Numbered from the stretch's first letter, positions 25,415-37,973 are shown. The stretch: DNA of 64,000 nt from Oscillospiraceae bacterium (GCA_016292255.1 JAEEZZ010000139.1:171-64170), one strand, 5' to 3'. The notes: generated by a model from the letters alone, not told the origin. Translations and numbers: made by a program.

Positions 25415-27346
25415 ATGAAAGAGATCTATTTTCATATTTGCGCCATCCCTCTGTTCACTATGATCCTGATCGTCTGCTATTCCAGAAAGATGACCAAGGG
25501 AAACGCCAATCGCCTCTTCCTTGCGATGACCGTACTGTCGCTGATCAGCACTGTGGCGGATCTGATCATGGTGATTCTGTCCTATCAGCTGCCTTTGACC
25601 GACGCAGAGCGCTTGCTGGATGAGGTGCTGGGCTACGTCTACCTTTCCCTCCACAACCTTACAAACGTTGTAATCCTGCTGTTCCTTCTGTCTCTGACCC
25701 GCATGACCTCGCTGATCCAGAAAAAACGGATCAAGTTCGTCATCAGTCTGCCGTATGTTCTGATCGTCGCTTTTTTGATCCAGAACATCTTTACCCATAC
25801 CATTTTTTCCGTTACGTCTGAGGCAGGATATGCGCGGGGCGTGCTGATGCCGATGATCTACATCATGGCCGCGCTGTACGGCATCGGCGGCCTGGGCTAC
25901 TGCATCTATTCCAAGCGCTTTCTTGCGAAGAACAAGTGGGTTTCTCTGCTGTGTATGTATCTGCTGTCCTATTTCGCTGTTGCGGTCCAGTTTTTCAAGC
26001 CCAAGCTCCTGCTGGAAATGTTCTGCAACGGCCTTGGGATTATGGGCGTCATGCTGTCGGTGATGCGCCCGGAGGAGCGCATGGACAGCATGGTGGGCAT
26101 GGAAAGCTGGAAATCCTACCGGGAGGATCTCCGCAATATCCTTCGCTCCGGCGAGCAGGTGGCCATCGTCGTCATTCGGCTGCCGAATTCCCGGGAGATC
26201 CTCAGCTTCCTGGGGGAGCACAAGTACAACGATTATGTGTCCGAGATCGGAAATGCGCTGCGCGCCCTTCCCTGGAATCACCCGAACCACGTGGAGCTCT
26301 ACTTCGAACGTCCGGGCACGATCTATCTGATCGTGGACAAGGACGAGAAGGAGATGGAGTCGATCGGAGACCGCCTGTATGCGGAGCTTGGGATCCGGCT
26401 GCAGGAATACGCGGCCAACGGCGTTCGCTTCGAGCCGCAGGTGTGCCTGATCCGCTGCCCGGATGATCTGAAGAAGGCGGAGGACATCATCAGCCTGGGC
26501 CATATGTTCTATACCTTCGACAGCGGCAGGGAGAACACCTTCCAGGCAAAGGAGCTCGTTTCCTCCCGGGTCTTTGCCATCCGCTCGCACATGGAGGAGA
26601 TCCTCAAACGCGCCATCCAGGAACAGAATATCGTGATGCACTACCAGCCGATCTACGACGTCCGTACGGGCTGCTTCCACTCTGCGGAGGCCCTGGCCCG
26701 CATTGTGGATCCGGAATTCGGTCTGATCTCTCCCGGCATCTTTATTCCCGCGTCGGAGGAGCTGGGCCTGATCGTCCACATCGGCGACGAGGTGCTGGAG
26801 CAGGTGTTCCGCTTTATTTCCGAGCATGACCTGGAGGCCCTGGGGCTGGAATACATAGAGATCAACCTGTCCGTGGCCCAGTGTATGCAGAGCGTGCTTC
26901 CGGAAAAGATCCGTCATTTGCAGCAAAAATACAACGTAGATCCGCGCCATGTCAATCTGGAGATCACCGAAACGACCTTTGAGAACATCAGCGAGGTGGT
27001 GATGGAGAATGTCCATGAGCTGATCCGCATGGGCTATACCTTCGCGCTGGACGATTATGGCATTGGATATTCCAGCATCCAGCGGGTCAATCATTTCCCG
27101 CTGAAGCTGATCAAAATCGATAAGAGTATGCTGGACGAGGTCTCCTCCAGAAACGGGCGGATGATCCTGGAGCATACGGTGCATATGATGCGGAGCATTG
27201 AGAAGCAGCTCGTGGTGGAGGGCGCGGAGACCCGTGTCGCCGTGGATCTGCTGAAGAAAATGGACTGCGATTATATCCAGGGCTACTATTTCTCCCGGCC
27301 GCTTCCCGCAGAGGACTTTGTCCGCTTCCTGGAAGAACACAAATAA
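25415..27346 (+). CDS. Membrane EAL-domain protein (polytopic N-terminus, degenerate GGDEF-like linker domain, EAL c-di-GMP phosphodiesterase)
   Basis: 643-aa ORF with about 7 TMs at the N-terminus. EAL motifs are YQPIYD...SAEALARI...EITET...ALDDYGIGYSS...KIDKS...VVEGAETR...QGYYFSRP. No GGDEF signature occurs in the middle domain. Confidence 0.85.
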   Translation: MKEIYFHICAIPLFTMILIVCYSRKMTKGNANRLFLAMTVLSLISTVADLIMVILSYQLPLTDAERLLDEVLGYVYLSLHNLTNVVILLFLLSLTRMTSLIQKKRIKFVISLPYVLIVAFLIQNIFTHTIFSVTSEAGYARGVLMPMIYIMAALYGIGGLGYCIYSKRFLAKNKWVSLLCMYLLSYFAVAVQFFKPKLLLEMFCNGLGIMGVMLSVMRPEERMDSMVGMESWKSYREDLRNILRSGEQVAIVVIRLPNSREILSFLGEHKYNDYVSEIGNALRALPWNHPNHVELYFERPGTIYLIVDKDEKEMESIGDRLYAELGIRLQEYAANGVRFEPQVCLIRCPDDLKKAEDIISLGHMFYTFDSGRENTFQAKELVSSRVFAIRSHMEEILKRAIQEQNIVMHYQPIYDVRTGCFHSAEALARIVDPEFGLISPGIFIPASEELGLIVHIGDEVLEQVFRFISEHDLEALGLEYIEINLSVAQCMQSVLPEKIRHLQQKYNVDPRHVNLEITETTFENISEVVMENVHELIRMGYTFALDDYGIGYSSIQRVNHFPLKLIKIDKSMLDEVSSRNGRMILEHTVHMMRSIEKQLVVEGAETRVAVDLLKKMDCDYIQGYYFSRPLPAEDFVRFLEEHK

Positions 27347-27361
27347 GCGTCAAAGGGGCGC

Positions 27362-27399
27362 AAAAAACGGAGTCTGCGGCAGGCAGACTCCGTTTTCTT
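27362..27399. terminator. Bidirectional rho-independent terminator between convergent genes
   Basis: AAAAAACGGAGTCTGC ... GCAGACTCCGTTTTCTTG. An 11-bp stem (27367-27377 / 27383-27393) is flanked by an A-run and a T-run. Confidence 0.75.
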
Positions 27400-27424
27400 G
27401 CGCTTGTTCGCTGTTTCTTGTCGG

Positions 27425-28594
27425 TCAGATCCTGGCCACGCCGCTCTCCACGGCGGCCCGCTTCACGGCCTCGGCCACGGCAGGGCCCACACGGGGATCG
27501 AAGGCGGCCGGGATGATGTGCTCCGCGTCCAGCTCCCCGTCGGAGATCAGTCCGGCCAGGGCGTAGGAGGCGGCCTGCTTCATGGCCTCGTTGATCCGGC
27601 TGGCCCGCACGTCCAGAGCGCCGCGGAACAGGCCGGGGAAGACCAGCACATTGTTGATCTGGTTCGGCTGGTCGCTGCGTCCGGTCCCCACCACGGCAGC
27701 GCCCGCAGCCCGGGCAAGCTCCGGGGTGATCTCCGGAACGGGATTTGCCATGGGGAAGACCACGGGATCCTTGGCCATGGAGCGGATCATCTCCTGGGAG
27801 ACGACCCCCGGCGCGCTGACGCCGACGAACACGTCCGCGTCCCGCATGGCGTCCGCCAGCGTACCGCTCAGATGCTCAGGATTGGTCCTCTCGGCCATTT
27901 CCGCCTGGGCGGGGTTCATATCCGTGCCCTCGCAGAGGATGCCGCAGCGGTCCACCAGCTTCAAATGCCGCACGCCCAGGTTCAGCAGGTGCTTGCCGAT
28001 GGCAATGCCCGCGGAGCCTGCGCCGTTGATGACCACGTGTACCTGCTCCATCTGCTTGCCGACCACCTTCAGCGCGTTGATCAGCGCCGCGCCCACCACC
28101 ACGGCGGTGCCGTGCTGGTCGTCGTGGAAGATGGGAATATCGCAGAGCTCCTGGAGCTTCCGCTCGATCTCAAAGCAGCGGGGGGCGGCAATGTCCTCTA
28201 AGTTGACGCCGCCGAAGGAGCCGGAGAGCAGCCAGATCGTCCGCACGATCTCGTCCACGTCCTTGCTGCGGACGCAGAGGGGGATGGCGTCCACCCCGCC
28301 GAAGGCCTTGAAGAGGACGCATTTGCCCTCCATCACCGGCATACCTGCCTCGGGGCCGATGTCGCCCAGGCCCAGGATCGCGGTGCCGTCGGTGACCACG
28401 GCCACGGTGTTCCAGCGCCGGGTGAGCTCATAGCTCTTTTCCGGATGGCGCTGGATCTCCAGGCAGGGCTCCGCCACGCCGGGGGTGTAGGCCAGGCTGA
28501 GGGCCTCCTTGGAATCCACCTTCACCCGGGGGGTGATCTCCAGCTTTCCCCGCAGCTCCCCGTGCAGCCGCAGGGATTCTTTTGCATAGTCCAT
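27425..28594 (-). CDS. NAD(P)-dependent malic enzyme (short form, oxaloacetate-decarboxylating malate dehydrogenase)
   Basis: 389-aa ORF. LSLAYTPGVAEPC...VAVVTDGTAILGLGDIGPEAGMPVMEGKCVLFKAFGGVDA...INGAGSAG is a canonical malic enzyme. Confidence 0.9.
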   Translation of the reverse strand: MDYAKESLRLHGELRGKLEITPRVKVDSKEALSLAYTPGVAEPCLEIQRHPEKSYELTRRWNTVAVVTDGTAILGLGDIGPEAGMPVMEGKCVLFKAFGGVDAIPLCVRSKDVDEIVRTIWLLSGSFGGVNLEDIAAPRCFEIERKLQELCDIPIFHDDQHGTAVVVGAALINALKVVGKQMEQVHVVINGAGSAGIAIGKHLLNLGVRHLKLVDRCGILCEGTDMNPAQAEMAERTNPEHLSGTLADAMRDADVFVGVSAPGVVSQEMIRSMAKDPVVFPMANPVPEITPELARAAGAAVVGTGRSDQPNQINNVLVFPGLFRGALDVRASRINEAMKQAASYALAGLISDGELDAEHIIPAAFDPRVGPAVAEAVKRAAVESGVARI

Positions 28595-28699
28595 AGTGAT
28601 TCTCCTTTTCTGTCTATCTGTTCAGCAGTCCGTAGGGGCCGATGCCTACATCGGCCCTTTTGCCGTTTTTGGCCCGGAAGCTCCTTTTTGTTTCGAGAA

Positions 28700-30076
28700 T
28701 CATACCATCTGCTCCGGGCGGACGGCTTTGTCAAACTGCTCCGGGCTCAGAAAGCCCAGCGCGGCGCAGGCCTCCCGCAGGGAGATCCCCTGCGCCGAAG
28801 CAAGCTGTGCCACCCGTGCGGCGTTTTCGTATCCAATGTGGGGGGACAGGGCCGTTGCCAGCATCAGAGAGCGCTCCACGTTCTGCCCCATGCGGGCCCG
28901 ATCCGCCCGAATGCCGCTGACACAGCGTTCCGTAAAGGCCGCCATGGATTCCGCCAGCAGCCGGGCGGACTGCAGGAAGTTGTAGGCGCAGACCGGCAGG
29001 AAGGTGTTCAGCTCAAAATAGCCCTGGGAGGCCGCGAAGCCGATGGCCGCGTCGTTGCCCATGACCTGGACTGCCACCATCGTCACCTGCTCGCACTGGG
29101 TCGGATTGACCTTGCCCGGCATGATGGAGGAGCCGGGCTCGTTGTCCGGAATCGTGATCTCCCCCAGGCCGCAGCGGGGCCCGGAGGCCAGCAGGCGCAC
29201 GTCGTTGGCGATCTTCATCAGATCGGCTGCAAGGGCCTTCATGGCCCCGTGGGCGAACACCAGCTCGTCCAGGCTGGTCAGCGCGTGGAATTTGTTTGGC
29301 GCGGAGCTAAAGGCCATGCCGGTGAGCGCGGAGAGCTTCTCCGCCACCATGGCGTCAAAGCCTGCAGGCGCGTTCAGCCCGGTGCCCACGGCAGTGCCGC
29401 CCAGAGCAAGCTCCTTCAGCGGCGGCAGGGAAGCCGTCAGCATCCTGCGATCCTGCTCCAGGCTGGCCCGCCAGCCGGAGATCTCCTGGGAGAAGCGCAG
29501 CGGCGTGGCGTCCTGCAGATGGGTGCGGCCGATCTTGAGCACGTCCTCGTTTTCTGCCTCCAGGCGGCGCAGGGCGTCGATCAGTTCGTCCATAGCCGGG
29601 AGCAGCCTCTGCTCCACGGCCATCGCCGCCGCCACGTGCAGGGCGGTGGGGAAGGTGTCGTTGGAGGACTGGGAGCGGTTGACGTCGTCGTTGGGGTGCA
29701 GCAGCCGCTTGCCGGCCTGGGCGTTGCCCCGGTTGGCAATGACCTCGTTGACGTTCATGTTCGTCTGGGTGCCGGAGCCGGTCTGCCAGACCACCAACGG
29801 AAAATGCTCCGCCAGAGCGCCGTCCAGGATGGCGTCCGCCGCTTCGCAGATGGCGTCGCACTGCGCCTGGGTCATTTTTTCGGGCAGCAGGGCGCGGTTG
29901 GTTAGCGCGGCGGCCTTTTTGATCTGGGCAAAGGCGCGGATGATCTCAGTGGGCATCGTTTCCAGGCCGACGCCGATGGGGAAGTTGCGGCGGGAGCGCT
30001 CTGTCTGCGCCCCCCAGAGGGCCCAGGCGGGAACCTGCATCTCGCCCATGCTGTCGTGCTCGGTGCGGTAATCCAT
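28700..30076 (-). CDS. fumC: Class II fumarate hydratase
   Basis: 458-aa ORF. TEHDSMGEMQVP...LWGAQT...GSSIMPGKVNPTQCE signature. Confidence 0.95.
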   Translation of the reverse strand: MDYRTEHDSMGEMQVPAWALWGAQTERSRRNFPIGVGLETMPTEIIRAFAQIKKAAALTNRALLPEKMTQAQCDAICEAADAILDGALAEHFPLVVWQTGSGTQTNMNVNEVIANRGNAQAGKRLLHPNDDVNRSQSSNDTFPTALHVAAAMAVEQRLLPAMDELIDALRRLEAENEDVLKIGRTHLQDATPLRFSQEISGWRASLEQDRRMLTASLPPLKELALGGTAVGTGLNAPAGFDAMVAEKLSALTGMAFSSAPNKFHALTSLDELVFAHGAMKALAADLMKIANDVRLLASGPRCGLGEITIPDNEPGSSIMPGKVNPTQCEQVTMVAVQVMGNDAAIGFAASQGYFELNTFLPVCAYNFLQSARLLAESMAAFTERCVSGIRADRARMGQNVERSLMLATALSPHIGYENAARVAQLASAQGISLREACAALGFLSPEQFDKAVRPEQMV

Positions 30077-30089
30077 GCCTGCCGCCTCC

Positions 30090-31505
30090 CTACACGTTCA
30101 GCTCCGCGCTGCCGCCCTCTGCGGATTCAAAGACGCTGCGGTTGCGTGCCAGGAAGGCTTCCACCTGCTCCTTGCAGCGGCCGATATAGTTCTCCGGGGA
30201 GAGCAGCTCCAGCATTTCAGCCTCCGTCATGCCGAATTCACCGGTGGCTGCCAGGCGCTGGATCAGATCGGATGCTTCTCCGTTCTGCAGCTTCCGGGCG
30301 GCCTCCATGGAGCAGCGGCGGATGACTTCGTGGAGGGCCTGCCGGTCTCCGCCCCGCTTGACGGCCTCCATCATCAGATTTTCGGTGGCCAGGAAGGGAA
30401 GGTACTCCCGGATGGTCTTGTCCACGATGGCCTCGTTGACCCGCAGACCGTTCGTGATGTTTTGCGCCAGACGCAGGATCGCGTCGGCGCAGAGGAAGCC
30501 CTCCGGCATGGAGATCCGGCGGTTGGCCGAATCGTCCAGAGTGCGCTCCAGCCACTGGGTGGAGGCGGTCATGGGCGCGTTGGCGGCGTCCGCCATCAGA
30601 TAGCGGGCCAGGGAGCAAATGCGCTCGCTTCGCATGGGGTTGCGCTTATAGGGCATGGCGGAGGAGCCGATCTGGGTGCTCTCAAAGGGCTCCTGCAGCT
30701 GACGGTCATGCTGCAGCAGACGGATATCGTTGGCCATGCGGTAGCAGCTCTGGGCCACGGAGGACAGGGCGTTGAGGATCCGGCTGTCCAGCTTGCGGGG
30801 GTAGGTCTGGCCGCAGACGTCGAAGCAGCGGGTAAAGCCGAAGGCTGCCGCCAGCCGGCGGTTCAGCTCCTCCACCTTTTCCCCGTCTCCGTCGAACAGA
30901 TCCAGCAGGCTGGCCTCGGTGCCGGTGGCGCCCCGGCAGCCCAGGAAGCGGATGGCGTCGATGGCGAAATCCAGCTCCTCCACGTCGGAGATCAGATCCT
31001 GCATCCAAAGGGTGGCCCGCTTGCCCACGGTGGTGGGCTGGGCGGGCTGATAGTGGGTGTAGCCCAGGGTTGGGATGGCCTTGCAGCGTTCCGCAAAGTC
31101 TGCCAGATTGGAGATCACCTTCAGAAGCTCACCCCGCAGATAGCGCAGACCGTCCCGGTAGAGGATCAGGTCCGCGTTGTCGGTGACATAGCAGCTTGTA
31201 GCGCCCAGGTGGATGATGCCCGCGGCGCAGGGGGCCACCTGGCCGTAGGCGTACACATGGGCCATCACGTCGTGGCGCACCTTTTTCTCCTGGGCGGCCG
31301 CAACGTCAAAGTCGATGTCCGTGATATGCTCCCGCAGCGCCGTCACCTGCTCCTCGCTCACAGGCAGACCCAGGGCGTGCTCCGCCGCGGCCAGCTCTGT
31401 CCAAAGCTGCCGCCAGGTCTCGATGCGGGTCCGCTGGGAAAAGAGCCTCAGCATATAGTCGGACGCGTAGCGGGTGGATAAGGGGGATTCGTATTTGTCG
31501 TACAT
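30090..31505 (-). CDS. purB: Adenylosuccinate lyase
   Basis: 471-aa ORF. YESPLSTRYAS...MLRLFS... and SSAMPYKRNP signature. Confidence 0.95.
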   Translation of the reverse strand: MYDKYESPLSTRYASDYMLRLFSQRTRIETWRQLWTELAAAEHALGLPVSEEQVTALREHITDIDFDVAAAQEKKVRHDVMAHVYAYGQVAPCAAGIIHLGATSCYVTDNADLILYRDGLRYLRGELLKVISNLADFAERCKAIPTLGYTHYQPAQPTTVGKRATLWMQDLISDVEELDFAIDAIRFLGCRGATGTEASLLDLFDGDGEKVEELNRRLAAAFGFTRCFDVCGQTYPRKLDSRILNALSSVAQSCYRMANDIRLLQHDRQLQEPFESTQIGSSAMPYKRNPMRSERICSLARYLMADAANAPMTASTQWLERTLDDSANRRISMPEGFLCADAILRLAQNITNGLRVNEAIVDKTIREYLPFLATENLMMEAVKRGGDRQALHEVIRRCSMEAARKLQNGEASDLIQRLAATGEFGMTEAEMLELLSPENYIGRCKEQVEAFLARNRSVFESAEGGSAELNV

Positions 31506-31520
31506 GGTAGCCTCTCCTGT

Positions 31521-32963
31521 CTATTTTTCGTGGATGGGTCGTTCAAAGCGGGATTTGCTGCCGGGCTTCGGAATATCCGTGGGGTACTCCCCGCCGAAGC
31601 AGGCGGTGCAGAAGCCGCTGTCCTCGCCGGTCAGCAATCTGGCGTGGGTGAGGCTGAGGTAGCCCAGGGAGTCCGCGCCGATGTGCTTTGCGATCTCCGG
31701 TACGGTGTACTGATTGGCGATCAGGCCCTTTGCGCTGTCGATGTCGGTGCCGTAGTAGCACGGGGCAATGAAGGGGGGCGCGCTGATGCGCATATGGATC
31801 TCCTTTGCGCCGGCCCGCCGCAGCATCTCCACCGTGCGGCGGCAGGTGGTGCCCCGGACGATGGAGTCGTCGATCAGCACCACCCGCTTGCCCTCGATCA
31901 CGCTGCGGATGGGGTTGAGCTTGAGATTGACGCCCATTTCCCGCTCGCTCTGGGTGGGCGCAATGAAGGTGCGGCCGATGTATTTGTTCTTGGTCAGGCC
32001 GATGGCGTAGGGGATCCCGGAGGCGTGGGCGTAGCCGATGGCCGCGTCCAGCCCGGAGTCCGGCACGCCCACCACCACGTCGGCGTCCACGGGGTGCTCC
32101 TGGGCGAGGAACTCTCCCGCCCGCTGCCGGGCGAGGCAGACGCTTTTTCCGTCCAGCACCGAGTCCGGGCGGGCGAAATAGATGAATTCAAAGACGCACA
32201 TACTGCGCCGTACCTGGCCGCAGTGGCTCCGATCCGAATGCAGGCCGCGCTCGTCCACGGTCACCACCTCGCCGGGCTCCACGTCCCGCAGGAAGCTCGC
32301 GCCCACCGCGTCCAGCGCACAGCTTTCCGAGGCGGCCACGATGGAGCCGTCGGCCCGCTTGCCCAGGCAGAGCGGCCGGAAGCCGTGGGGATCCCGGGCC
32401 GCGATCAGCTTGGTGGGAGACCCGATCACCAGGGAATACGCGCCCTGGATCACGTCCATGGCGGCGGAGACGGCGGCCTCGATGCTGCCGCAGCGCAGCC
32501 GCTGCCCCACGATCACATAGGCGATGACCTCGGAGTCCGTGGTGGTGTGGAAGATAGAGCCCCGCTGCTCCAGCTCCGTGCGGAGCTCAAAGGCGTTGGT
32601 CAGGTTCCCGTTGTGGGCCAGGGCCATGCTGCCCTTGTGGTGGTTGATCAGCAGGGGCTGGACGTTGCGGAGCTTGTCCGCGCCGGTGGTGGCGTAGCGC
32701 ACGTGGGCCACTGCGATGTGGCCCTGCCCCAGAGCGTCCAGCTTTTCCCGGCTGAACACCTCGCTCACCAGACCCACGTCCCGGCAGGCCCGGAAGACGC
32801 CGTCGTTGTTCAGGGCGATCCCGGCGCTCTCCTGCCCCCGGTGCTGCAGGGCGTGCAGGCCGAAGCTGACCAGGGGCGCAAGATCCGCCAGGGCGGAGGA
32901 ATAGATCCCGAATACGCCGCATTCCTCGTGAATGCCGCGGTCTGTGACAGCCTTATTCATCAT
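31521..32963 (-). CDS. purF: Amidophosphoribosyltransferase
   Basis: I used the internal start MMNKAV.... ECGVFGIY is the N-terminal nucleophile Cys, a PRPP-binding loop [13 protein letters not shown] is present, and the C-terminus has Fe-S Cys residues. It overlaps the purC stop by about 11 nt. Confidence 0.95.
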   Translation of the reverse strand: MMNKAVTDRGIHEECGVFGIYSSALADLAPLVSFGLHALQHRGQESAGIALNNDGVFRACRDVGLVSEVFSREKLDALGQGHIAVAHVRYATTGADKLRNVQPLLINHHKGSMALAHNGNLTNAFELRTELEQRGSIFHTTTDSEVIAYVIVGQRLRCGSIEAAVSAAMDVIQGAYSLVIGSPTKLIAARDPHGFRPLCLGKRADGSIVAASESCALDAVGASFLRDVEPGEVVTVDERGLHSDRSHCGQVRRSMCVFEFIYFARPDSVLDGKSVCLARQRAGEFLAQEHPVDADVVVGVPDSGLDAAIGYAHASGIPYAIGLTKNKYIGRTFIAPTQSEREMGVNLKLNPIRSVIEGKRVVLIDDSIVRGTTCRRTVEMLRRAGAKEIHMRISAPPFIAPCYYGTDIDSAKGLIANQYTVPEIAKHIGADSLGYLSLTHARLLTGEDSGFCTACFGGEYPTDIPKPGSKSRFERPIHEK

Positions 32964-33669
32964 GCTCACGCAGACGGCGCATGACCTCCGCGTAGGCATC
33001 CTCCACGCCGCCCAGGTCGCGGCGGAAGCGATCCTTGTCCAGCTTTTCCTTGGTCACGCTGTCCCAGAGGCGGCAGGTATCGGGGCTGATCTCGTCAGCC
33101 AGGATGATGGTGCCGTCGGCCAGCTTGCCGAATTCCAGCTTGAAGTCCACCAGGGTGATCCCGCAGGAGGCCCAGAATTCCCGCAGCAGCTCGTTGACCC
33201 GGAAGGCGTAGCGCCGGATGGTATCCAGCTCCTCCGCGGTGGCCAGATGCAGGGCCATGGCGTGGGTGGAATTGATCAGCGGATCGCCCAGCTCGTCGTT
33301 CTTGTAGGAAAATTCGATGGTGGGCTGGTCGAAGACGATGTCCTCCTCCACGCCGTAGCGCTTGGCGAAGGAGCCCGCGGAGATGTTTCGCACGATGACC
33401 TCCAGGGGGACGATCTTGACGCGCTTGACCAGGGTCTCCCGCTCGGAGAGCTCCTTGACGAAGTGGGTCGGCACGCCGCCCCGCGCCAGGCGCTGCATCA
33501 GGCGGTTGCTCATCTGGTTGTTGATGACGCCCTTGCCCACGATGGTTCCCTTTTTGACTCCGTTGAAGGCGGTGGCGTCGTCCTTGTAGTCCACGATCAG
33601 CAGCTCCGGATCGTCAGTGGCGTAGACCTTCTTCGCCTTGCCCTCGTACAGCATTTCCAGCTTTTCCAT
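32953..33669 (-). CDS. purC: SAICAR synthetase
   Basis: 238-aa [13 protein letters not shown]...[12 protein letters not shown]...PLEVIVRN...[14 protein letters not shown]. Confidence 0.95.
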   Translation of the reverse strand: MEKLEMLYEGKAKKVYATDDPELLIVDYKDDATAFNGVKKGTIVGKGVINNQMSNRLMQRLARGGVPTHFVKELSERETLVKRVKIVPLEVIVRNISAGSFAKRYGVEEDIVFDQPTIEFSYKNDELGDPLINSTHAMALHLATAEELDTIRRYAFRVNELLREFWASCGITLVDFKLEFGKLADGTIILADEISPDTCRLWDSVTKEKLDKDRFRRDLGGVEDAYAEVMRRLREHDE

Positions 33670-33684
33670 GATAATACCTCCTGT

Positions 33685-34959
33685 TTATCGTTCGATGAAC
33701 GCGTTTCTTTCCGCGCCGACGGATACGTATTGAATGTGGCAGCCCACGGCCTGCTCGATGCGCAAAACGTAGGCCTTGGCCTGGGCGGGCAGCTCCTCCC
33801 AGCTGCGGACGGCTGAAATGTCACAGCCCCAGCCGTCCATGTATTCGATCACCGGCTTGGCGCTGCCCAGCGCAGCCGGGAATGGGAACTCGTCTGTCCG
33901 GACGCCGTCCAGCTCGTACTGAACGCACAGCGGGATCCGATCCAGATAGCTCAGCACGTCCAGCTTCGTCAGCGCAAGGGCGGTAGCGCCCTGCATCTGC
34001 ACGCCGTAGCGCGTGGCCACCAGGTCGATGGGCCCCACCCGGCGGGGACGTCCGGTCTTGGCGCCGTATTCGGCTCCTGCCTCCCGCAGGGCGTCCGCCT
34101 CCGGCCCAAACATCTCACAGGTGAAGGGGCCCTCGCCCACGCAGGTGGAATAGGCCTTGGCAATGCCCAGCACCTCGTCCACCTTCAGCCAGGGCGCGCC
34201 GGAGCCCACCGGTGCGTAGGCGGCCAGCGCGTGGGAGGAGGTGGTGAAGGGGTAGATGCCGCAGTCCAGATCCCGCAGCGCGCCCAGCTGGGCCTCAAAG
34301 AGGATGCGCTTGCCGGCGGCCTGGGCCTCCCGCAGCTCCACGGCTACGTTGCAGAGGTAGGGCTTGAGCTTCTCGCCGTAGTCCTCCAGCCAGCTCAAAA
34401 GGGACTCCCGGGTGAAGGGCTGCGCCCCATAGACGCCGGTGAGGATCAGATTCTTCCATTCCAGCAGCTCGTCCAGATGCTCCCGCAGATGGGCGGGGTA
34501 GCGCAGCTCCCCGGCGAGCAGGGTCTTCTTCTGGGCCTTGTCCGAGTAGAAGGGCGCGATGCCCTGCTTGGTGGAGCCGTATTTCTTGTCCTTGAGCCGG
34601 GCCTCCTCCAGGGCGTCCAGCTCCCGGTGCCAGGGCAGAAGGATCGAGGCACGCTCGCTGATCTTCAGATTCTGCGGCGTGATCTCCACCCCGGAGGCGC
34701 GCAGGGTCTCGATCTCGTTCCAAAGGTTTTCCAGATCCAGCGCCACGTCGTTGCCCAGGATGTTGACGACTCCGGCACGGAATACGCCGGACGGGAGCAG
34801 ATGCAGGGCAAATTTGCCCCGGTCGTTCACCACCGTGTGGCCGGCGTTGCCGCCGCCCTGATAGCGGACGACGTAATCATAGCGCTCGGTCAGCAGATCG
34901 ACCATGCGGCCCTTGCCCTCGTCGCCCCAGTTGATTCCTACGATTGCACAGCTTGCCAT
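33685..34959 (-). CDS. purA: Adenylosuccinate synthetase
   Basis: 424-aa ORF. INWGDEGKGRMVD...YQGGGNAGHTV...GTTKQGIAP-like motifs (GSTKQGIAPFY). Confidence 0.95.
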   Translation of the reverse strand: MASCAIVGINWGDEGKGRMVDLLTERYDYVVRYQGGGNAGHTVVNDRGKFALHLLPSGVFRAGVVNILGNDVALDLENLWNEIETLRASGVEITPQNLKISERASILLPWHRELDALEEARLKDKKYGSTKQGIAPFYSDKAQKKTLLAGELRYPAHLREHLDELLEWKNLILTGVYGAQPFTRESLLSWLEDYGEKLKPYLCNVAVELREAQAAGKRILFEAQLGALRDLDCGIYPFTTSSHALAAYAPVGSGAPWLKVDEVLGIAKAYSTCVGEGPFTCEMFGPEADALREAGAEYGAKTGRPRRVGPIDLVATRYGVQMQGATALALTKLDVLSYLDRIPLCVQYELDGVRTDEFPFPAALGSAKPVIEYMDGWGCDISAVRSWEELPAQAKAYVLRIEQAVGCHIQYVSVGAERNAFIER

Positions 34960-34981
34960 TTGATAACCCTCCAGATCCTGT

Positions 34982-36648
<1,667 letters not shown>

Positions 36649-36669
36649 ACGTCTTTGCTCAACGGGCAA

Positions 36670-36698
36670 ATCATACTACAAGATGCCTTGCTTGTCAA
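36670..36698 (-). promoter_or_regulatory. Sigma-A-type promoter for pyrG
   Basis: The minus strand reads TTGACA (36698-36693), a 17-nt spacer, then TATGAT (36675-36670). Confidence 0.6.
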
Positions 36699-36788
36699 TA
36701 GGACACAGCTATGTTTTCCGCAATTTTGCGTCATTTTTCCAGCCCTCCTTCTATGATCCTGCCCGGTTCTGTTCCTGCTCTGCCGCGC

Positions 36789-37973
36789 CTACGCGAAATA
36801 GGCGATCAGCCGCTCGGCCGCCTCGGCTGTGACCGCCGGGGTGCTGAAGCAGGAGAAGCGGAACCAGCCCTCTCCGCAGGCGCCGAAGCCGACGCCCGGG
36901 GTGCCTACCACGCCCGCGCGCTCCATCAGATCGTCAAAGAAGGCCCAGCTGTCCATGCCCTCGGGGCAGCGCAGCCAGAGATACGGCGCGTTCTGTCCGC
37001 CGAAATAGCGGACGCCGCAGCGATCCAGCGCGGCGGTGAGCAGCTCCGCGTTTTTCTGGTAGACGCCCAGGTTGGCCCGGCTCTGGCGCAGGCCCTCCTC
37101 CGTCAGGGCGGCTTCTCCCGCCCGCTGCAGCAGGTAGGACACGCCGTTGGTGCAGGTGCTCCGGTTACGCACCCACATCTGCTGCAGAGAGCGACCCTCC
37201 CGGATCAGCGCCTTCGGCACCACGGTATAGCCCAGACGGGTCCCGGTAAAGCCGGCGGATTTGGACAGGGAAAACATCTCAATGGCGCATTCCCGGGCGC
37301 CGGGCAGCTCATAGATGCTGTGGGGCACGTCGGGATCGGTGATAAAGGCCTCGTAGGCGGCGTCAAAGATAATGACCGCCTGCTGCTCGTTGGCCCAATC
37401 CACCCAGCGCTGCAGCTGGGCCTTGGAATAGGCCGCCCCGGTGGGGTTGTTCGGGGAGCAGAGATAGACCAGCTCCGCCTCCAGCTCCGGGGAGGGCAGG
37501 GGCAGGAAGCCGTTCTCCTCCGTGCCGGGGATCGGGACGATGGTCCGGCCGGACATGATATTTGTGTCGGCGTAGGCCGGATAGGCCGGCTCCACCACGG
37601 CCACCCGGTTTTCCCGGGCAAAGAGGCCGCCGATGGCCCCCAGGTCGTCTCCGATGCCGTAGCAGACAAAGACCTCCTCGGGATCCACCGTCACGCCGCG
37701 GCGGGCGTAGTTGGCAGCCGCGGCCTGCTTCATAAAGCCCATGCCAAGCTCCGGCATATAGCCGTGGAAGCTCTCCTGCCGCGCCTGCTCGTCCACGGCC
37801 TTGTGCAGCGCCTCGATCACCACGGGAGCCAGGGGCAGGGTCACGTCCCCGATGCCCAGCCGCAGCAGGCGGCGTTCGGGGTGGGCGGCCTCAAAGCGCT
37901 CGGCCCGCAGCTTGGTCTCGTAAAACAGATAGCTTTCCGTCAGCTTGGAATAATCGGAATTGATATGTGTCAC
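36789..37973 (-). CDS. dapL: LL-diaminopimelate aminotransferase
   Basis: 394-aa ORF with a GTG start in a GTGA overlap with the dapF stop. INSDYSKLTESYLFYE...LGIGDVTLPL... is the class I/II aminotransferase fold characteristic of DapL. It is adjacent to dapF. Confidence 0.85.
   Translation of the reverse strand: MTHINSDYSKLTESYLFYETKLRAERFEAAHPERRLLRLGIGDVTLPLAPVVIEALHKAVDEQARQESFHGYMPELGMGFMKQAAAANYARRGVTVDPEEVFVCYGIGDDLGAIGGLFARENRVAVVEPAYPAYADTNIMSGRTIVPIPGTEENGFLPLPSPELEAELVYLCSPNNPTGAAYSKAQLQRWVDWANEQQAVIIFDAAYEAFITDPDVPHSIYELPGARECAIEMFSLSKSAGFTGTRLGYTVVPKALIREGRSLQQMWVRNRSTCTNGVSYLLQRAGEAALTEEGLRQSRANLGVYQKNAELLTAALDRCGVRYFGGQNAPYLWLRCPEGMDSWAFFDDLMERAGVVGTPGVGFGACGEGWFRFSCFSTPAVTAEAAERLIAYFA

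Noticed and set aside
23558-27340. 1260-aa minus-strand ORF spanning the MATE and EAL genes
   Set aside because: It is an antisense shadow. It spans two well-supported plus-strand genes and their intergenic gap, and has no recognisable domains.
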